In this document: in pieces, positions 23,106 through 27,857 of the stretch
Layout: the number at the start of each line of letters is the position of its first letter
Position numbering within the stretch: position 1 is the first letter of the stretch
Source of the DNA: an uncultured Acidimicrobiia bacterium
GTDB lineage: Bacteria > Actinomycetota > Acidimicrobiia > Spongiisociales > JAENVV01
Assembly: GCA_964196085.1 (NCBI GenBank)
Contig: CAXMSI010000002.1
Location: forward strand, 1 to 27,857
Reading direction: 5' to 3'
DNA length: 27,857 nucleotides
Program-made: the position numbers and the translations under genes
The notes under the pieces: model-generated
Databases searched by the model: none
The model's input: only the letters and a program-made list of their open reading frames with translations
What the model was told of the DNA's origin: nothing

Positions 23106-24521
23106 ATGGCACGATTTCGACTTCGAACATCTCGTCAGGTAGGACGTCGTCTCCGCGAAGAGGCCCGCCAGAATGCCCAGAAGGTAGCCGATGGACTGCT
23201 TGGCGACCCTGATCGTTGGCGCACACTCGCCACTGCCAACCCCCACGACGCCGCCGACATTCTCGAAGAGGTGGGTGCCGACGAGACCGTTGCCAAGTTG
23301 GTCGCTCTCTTAGACACTCGATCTGGCGCACAGGTACTCGATCATCTTCGAGATGACCTTGCGGTTGACATCCTCGAAGATCTTCCAACCGCTCAATCGG
23401 CGTTATTCATCGCAACAATGGATGCTGATGAAGCTGCTGACCTCTGTCAGGGATTTTCTGACGCGTATCGAGACCAGATCTTCGCCGAGATGGATAGCGC
23501 TGCCGCAGCGAACATCCAGAAGCTCCTTCGCCACGCCCCAGACTCTGCTGGTGGGCTCATGACATCGAGGTACGCCTCGCTCCCCGTAGGCATGTCGGCT
23601 GGCGAAGCGATCGATGCAATCCGCGGGTTCCACGAAGGGATCGAGGACCTTTCGTACGTGTATGTGACCGACGAATCGGACGCCCTCGTTGGCGTCATCT
23701 CATTCCGAGATCTGGTGTTCCGGCGTCCCGGGGTGGGGTTGAAGGAAGTCATGGTTCCTGACCCGGTAAGCGTGGCCGCCTCGACTGATCGTGAAGAAGT
23801 TGCCGAACTCAGCCAGCGCTACAACCTCTTCGCCGTGCCAGTTGTCGACACCAGCAAAAGACTGTTGGGGGTGGTAGCCAAGGAGGCCCTCTACGAGGCG
23901 ATCCAGGAAGAAGCTTCTGAAGACTTCGCAGCATCGGTGGGTGCCGGTGCTGAAGAAACGGTCTACACCGACGTCCGACAGTCGGTTCGACAACGCGCTC
24001 CGTGGCTGTTGGTCAACCTCGGTCTGGCTTTTGGCGTTGTGTTGGCCCTCGGATACTTTGAAGAGATTATCGAGAACGCCCCAATCTTGGCAATTCTTAT
24101 GCCAGTGGTAGCACTTCTGGGAGGAAACGCCGGCGCTCAGAGCTTGGCAGTTACCATTCGTGCTCTCTCAACCGACGACGTGCCCCGCTCAGAGATCAAG
24201 GGCATCCTCGGACGACAAGCCAGTATTGGGCTACTCAACGGTGTGCTCATTGGCACGTCCGCTGGGCTGACAGCAGCACTATTCACGCTACTACGGGACA
24301 CTGGCGACTTCGCCCCTGCAACTATCGGCCTCATTGTGGGAGTTGCCGCCTTCGCCAACCTGGTAGTGGCCACGATTTCTGGATCAGCAATTCCGCTCGT
24401 TTTTCGCGCATTCGGCCGCGATCCAGCACTTGCCTCCAACATCTTTTTGACGCTCATCACCGACCTTGTCGGATTCGCAGGATTCTTAGGTGTTGGTGCC
24501 TTGCTGCTCCCCGAGCTGTAG
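23106..24521 (+). CDS. mgtE: Magnesium transporter MgtE
   Basis: N domain, two CBS domains (AGGLMT, LSYVYVTD, YNLFAVPVVD), GGNAGAQS, DPALAS and the Mg-binding Asp in ITDLVGF. Confidence 0.95.
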   Translation: MARFRLRTSRQVGRRLREEARQNAQKVADGLLGDPDRWRTLATANPHDAADILEEVGADETVAKLVALLDTRSGAQVLDHLRDDLAVDILEDLPTAQSALFIATMDADEAADLCQGFSDAYRDQIFAEMDSAAAANIQKLLRHAPDSAGGLMTSRYASLPVGMSAGEAIDAIRGFHEGIEDLSYVYVTDESDALVGVISFRDLVFRRPGVGLKEVMVPDPVSVAASTDREEVAELSQRYNLFAVPVVDTSKRLLGVVAKEALYEAIQEEASEDFAASVGAGAEETVYTDVRQSVRQRAPWLLVNLGLAFGVVLALGYFEEIIENAPILAILMPVVALLGGNAGAQSLAVTIRALSTDDVPRSEIKGILGRQASIGLLNGVLIGTSAGLTAALFTLLRDTGDFAPATIGLIVGVAAFANLVVATISGSAIPLVFRAFGRDPALASNIFLTLITDLVGFAGFLGVGALLLPEL

Positions 24522-24570
24522 CCAAGAAATCCAAGAGTCGGAAGCTACTTCTGAGAGCCTGACCAAGGTT

Positions 24571-25482
24571 TCAATCCAAGGTTGTCAGCACTTCTGGACC
24601 ATCGGGACCAAGGTAAATAGTGTGCTCCGACTGGGCAGTCATCACACCAGCTTCTTCCATCAGCGGTGGGTATCGGACAAGGGAGCCCTTTTTGGTGAGT
24701 TTTTTGAGGGTACGCTCAAGCACTGCCGGGTCGTGATCAGGAAAGTACCGGCGAGCAAAAGGGAGCCCGTTCCATGACATCATGTCTTGCAGCAAGTCTG
24801 AATCGATACCTCGTTCCCACCTGGGGGCGGAAACCATCATGAACACCTCGGCCTTGCCAAGTTCGTGCACAACACCGTCGCCTGTCGACGCAAACGGTTC
24901 AATCGCAAACACCATGCCTTCTCTCAGCAATGGCCCCCCTTCCTGAGCGGTGTTTGGAATAGCGGGAAGCGTGTGCACTTTCCATTGATCCAGGCCATGA
25001 CCAGTGAGATTGCGAATTGGGTTGAATCCTGCTCGGAGGATCTTGTTCTCGATAACCCTGCCAATCACACCGGTTGGTGTTCCATCAGATGCCTGTTTGA
25101 TCGCTGAGGAGAGAGCGTCTTCGGTACTGCCGATCAGTTTTTGCCACCGGCCGTCTGTTGAAAGGTCGACCGTCGCAGCCGTATCCACGACGTACCCGTC
25201 AATGTGAGCACCAATGTCAATCTTGACGCAGTCGCCCTCTTCGTATCGAATGCCATCAGTTGGTGATGTGCAGAAGTGTGCGGCAATCGAATTTCGAGAT
25301 GACTGGGCGGGGAATCCTGGCAAAGCTCCCAGCTCCCGGATCATTTCCTCGACTGATTCAAGAACAAAACGTATTTCAACACCGGGCTCTATGGCCTTCT
25401 TGGCCCAGGCGCGTACTTCGGCAATGATCCTTCCACCGCGGCGGAAGCAATCAACTTCGTAGTCGTTAAACGGAGCGCCCAT
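24571..25482 (-). CDS. map: Type II (archaeal-type) methionyl aminopeptidase
   Basis: Motifs AAH, DIGAHIDGYVVDTA, RNLTGHGL, FAIEPF and AQSEHT, plus the type II helical insertion (PFARRY...LKKL...LVRYPPL). ATG 25482 follows TAGTCT-N8. Confidence 0.9.
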   Translation of the reverse strand: MGAPFNDYEVDCFRRGGRIIAEVRAWAKKAIEPGVEIRFVLESVEEMIRELGALPGFPAQSSRNSIAAHFCTSPTDGIRYEEGDCVKIDIGAHIDGYVVDTAATVDLSTDGRWQKLIGSTEDALSSAIKQASDGTPTGVIGRVIENKILRAGFNPIRNLTGHGLDQWKVHTLPAIPNTAQEGGPLLREGMVFAIEPFASTGDGVVHELGKAEVFMMVSAPRWERGIDSDLLQDMMSWNGLPFARRYFPDHDPAVLERTLKKLTKKGSLVRYPPLMEEAGVMTAQSEHTIYLGPDGPEVLTTLD

Positions 25483-25529
25483 GGGTCGGCAGACTAGTTG
25501 AGAAGACCAGAATGCCGCGCCTTGCGTTG

Positions 25530-26336
25530 CTAGACGCCGACCTCGGCCTTGACCCGCTCGCGATACAGCCCAGCAATGTCCTTCGTTACTGGTCCAGCCA
25601 CCCACTCAACATCGCCCACCTGAATGACTGGGGCCACCTCTTTGACCGTGCTGAGAATGAACGCCTCACTGGCATCTTCTAGAACCGAGAGATCGAAGAT
25701 CCCAGTACGGATCTCAATTCTGGCTTCAGTAACAATCTCTTCCACGTACTGCCGAGTGATTGAATCCAGAACCCCTAGATCGAGCGATGGAAACTCAATG
25801 ACCCCGTCACGGACCCACCCGAAGGCCGAGCGCGGGCATTCCAGGATTACGCCGCCTGCCGACAACAACAACGTGTCATCGAACCCAGCCGAGTTCGCGG
25901 CGTTGAGCGCTGCCATATTTGGCGCGTAGGAGAGGGTTTTTGCTCCGGCAAGTTCCCAGTCAGCTCCCGCTGGATGCCAGTGGGCGACCGTTGTTGAGAG
26001 CCTTAGCTCGAGGGGGGATGGGGGAACCGGGAGCCAGTGCACCACGGTTGTCGGCGTCGAATCGACCCCTTCGTCACCCGGGCTACAAAGCATCCGTACG
26101 AGGCAGTCTCCGCCCTCTGCGGCCATATCTTCTAGCCAGCGGGCAAGAACTTCTCGTGGAGCCAATTCCATCCCCAGAGAACAAGCCGTGTTCTCTAGGC
26201 GGTCTAGGTGTCTCCCCAGTCCGAGGATCTTGCCCCCATAAGCTTTCGCCACTTCGAAGCCGCCAACGCCTCTCGTGAACCCCAGGTCGATTGCAGAGAT
26301 CTTCCCATGTTCGACACGGTCTCCGTTGACAAGCAT
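25530..26336 (-). CDS. Aminotransferase class IV (BCAT / D-amino-acid aminotransferase / ADC lyase family)
   Basis: Motifs DLGFTRGVGGFE, HLDRL, AKTLSY (PLP Lys), LDSITR and EAFILSTVKEVAPV. TGATG coupling to nadE. Confidence 0.88.
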   Translation of the reverse strand: MLVNGDRVEHGKISAIDLGFTRGVGGFEVAKAYGGKILGLGRHLDRLENTACSLGMELAPREVLARWLEDMAAEGGDCLVRMLCSPGDEGVDSTPTTVVHWLPVPPSPLELRLSTTVAHWHPAGADWELAGAKTLSYAPNMAALNAANSAGFDDTLLLSAGGVILECPRSAFGWVRDGVIEFPSLDLGVLDSITRQYVEEIVTEARIEIRTGIFDLSVLEDASEAFILSTVKEVAPVIQVGDVEWVAGPVTKDIAGLYRERVKAEVGV

Positions 26337-27856
26337 CAGACTCCTCCGCGGTAGCGATTCGTGATTGGCAAGCGTCGGTCCTTACCGAAGGCCTTGGCAG
26401 TAATTCGTACTCCAGGGGCTGCCTGTCGCCGCTTGTACTCGTTACGATCCACGAGGCCGCAGATCCGCTTCACGACGTCAATATCGAAGCCCTCTTCGGC
26501 AATCGAAGAAACCGAACGATCGTCCTCGACGTAGCGGCGGAGGATGCCGTCGAGCAGCTCGTACGGAGGAAGACTGTCCGAATCCATTTGATCGGGCCGC
26601 AGCTCAGCCGAAGGAGGCTTGTTGATGGTGCCATTGGGGATCATCTCACCATTTCGGTTCCGCCACCGCGAGAGTCGGTAGACATCCATCTTGAATACGT
26701 CTTTCAAGACTGAAAAGCCGCCCGCCATATCGCCATAGAGAGTGGCATAGCCCACGGCGACCTCAGATTTGTTGCCAGTCGTGACCACCATTGGTCCGAA
26801 CTTGTTAGAGATCGCCATGACGAGCGTTCCTCGGATCCGAGCCTGGAGGTTCTCCTCGGCCACATTGAATTCAGTGCCTGAGAACACGTCAGCCAAGGCC
26901 GCCTCGAACCCTGCATAGAGGCCGGCAATCGCAATCACGTCAAAGCGAATTCCGAAGTTGTCAGCGAGCGCCCTGGCGTCAGACACCGAGTGACCCGACG
27001 AGTAGTGCGATGGCATGCCCACCCCCCAAACAGCATCGGCCCCCAGCGCATCCACAGCGATTGCAGCTGTCAGCGCCGAGTCGATGCCTCCTGAGAGGGC
27101 CACAACCACCTCTTTGAACCCATTTTTGGTCACGTAATCTCGGAGTCCGAGCACCAATGCTGTGTACATCTCTTCTTCATCATCAAGCAGCGGAGCGATC
27201 GAGTTCGAGATCACGGATCCTTGGGCTCTGGACGTAGCTCCCTTGACGGGAACATCTACAAGTAGGAAGTCTTCTTCAAACTGGGGAGACCGGGCTATCA
27301 GGTGCCCCGTCGCGTCGAGGACTATCGAGCATCCATCAAACATCAGTTCGTCTTGTCCTCCAACGAGATTCAGGTACACCATGGGAACCCCAGCGCCCCT
27401 TGCCCTGCTTGCCATGAGTTGTTGACGCTCCACGGCCTTGCCGTGGTGGAAGGGCGAAGCATTAATATTGAGCATCAGCTTCCCACCCGCGTCGGCCTGT
27501 TGGGCTGGCGGGCCGTCCTCAGCCCATCCGTCTTCACAGATCGAGACTCCGACAGAAACTCCGGCGATTTGGACAAGCTGGTCAGGTTTGTCGCCAGCAA
27601 CGAAGTACCGAGACTCGTCAAAGACTCCATAACTGGGCAAAAGTACCTTGTCATAAATCGCAACAATTCGCCCGGCTTGCAATACCGCAGCCGAGTTGTG
27701 CATGGCCCTTTGCACAGCATCCACCGTGTCTGCAGGTTCCACCTCTCGGGGGAAGCCAACAACAACAGCACACTCGCCGCTGGCTGCAGCCAAGCGGTCC
27801 AGCACTCGGGCGGCGTCGGCGACAAAATCTTGTCGGATGAGTAAGTCTTCTGGCGG
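26336..27856 (-). CDS. nadE: Glutamine-dependent NAD+ synthetase (5' truncated by window edge)
   Basis: Nitrilase domain (PPEDLL, YDKVLLPSYGVFDESRYF, ICEDGW) plus synthetase domain (LSGGIDS, ENLQARIRG, TGNKSE, YGDMAGG, PPSAEL, EYKRRQ). Confidence 0.96.
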   Translation of the reverse strand, partial: PPEDLLIRQDFVADAARVLDRLAAASGECAVVVGFPREVEPADTVDAVQRAMHNSAAVLQAGRIVAIYDKVLLPSYGVFDESRYFVAGDKPDQLVQIAGVSVGVSICEDGWAEDGPPAQQADAGGKLMLNINASPFHHGKAVERQQLMASRARGAGVPMVYLNLVGGQDELMFDGCSIVLDATGHLIARSPQFEEDFLLVDVPVKGATSRAQGSVISNSIAPLLDDEEEMYTALVLGLRDYVTKNGFKEVVVALSGGIDSALTAAIAVDALGADAVWGVGMPSHYSSGHSVSDARALADNFGIRFDVIAIAGLYAGFEAALADVFSGTEFNVAEENLQARIRGTLVMAISNKFGPMVVTTGNKSEVAVGYATLYGDMAGGFSVLKDVFKMDVYRLSRWRNRNGEMIPNGTINKPPSAELRPDQMDSDSLPPYELLDGILRRYVEDDRSVSSIAEEGFDIDVVKRICGLVDRNEYKRRQAAPGVRITAKAFGKDRRLPITNRYRGGV

Positions 27857-27857
27857 A

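Overview
This gene-dense window (roughly 60% GC by eye) is most likely from an Actinomycetota chromosome, probably Acidimicrobiia. That assignment is inferred from gene content and the many leaderless promoters. I found no RNA genes, CRISPR arrays or mobile elements. The flanks are housekeeping and metabolic genes: partial aceK, a ThrC-like enzyme, an enoyl-CoA hydratase/isomerase, an OCD/mu-crystallin protein, an SDR, a menJ-like reductase, rex, an ECF sigma module, a SAM hydrolase, a Clp1-like kinase, greA, mgtE, a type II map, a class IV aminotransferase and partial nadE. The core (10706-19638) is an unusual divergent respiratory locus. The leftward operon encodes a split, b6-like cytochrome bc complex that carries the heme-ci Cys, plus a 2x[4Fe-4S] ferredoxin and two accessory membrane proteins. 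The rightward operon encodes a cbb3-oxidase subunit I homologue that appears to have lost all six metal-binding histidines, a CcoO-like cytochrome with His in place of the axial Met, and a di-heme cytochrome c. Three subunits from the two operons share the same ~30-aa N-terminal helical tag on a flexible linker, a candidate docking module for an undescribed supercomplex. Also notable are a tandem double Cas4/AddB-like Fe-S nuclease-fold protein and an unannotated 30-aa membrane microprotein. All family calls and alignments were made by eye from remembered motifs; no searches were run.
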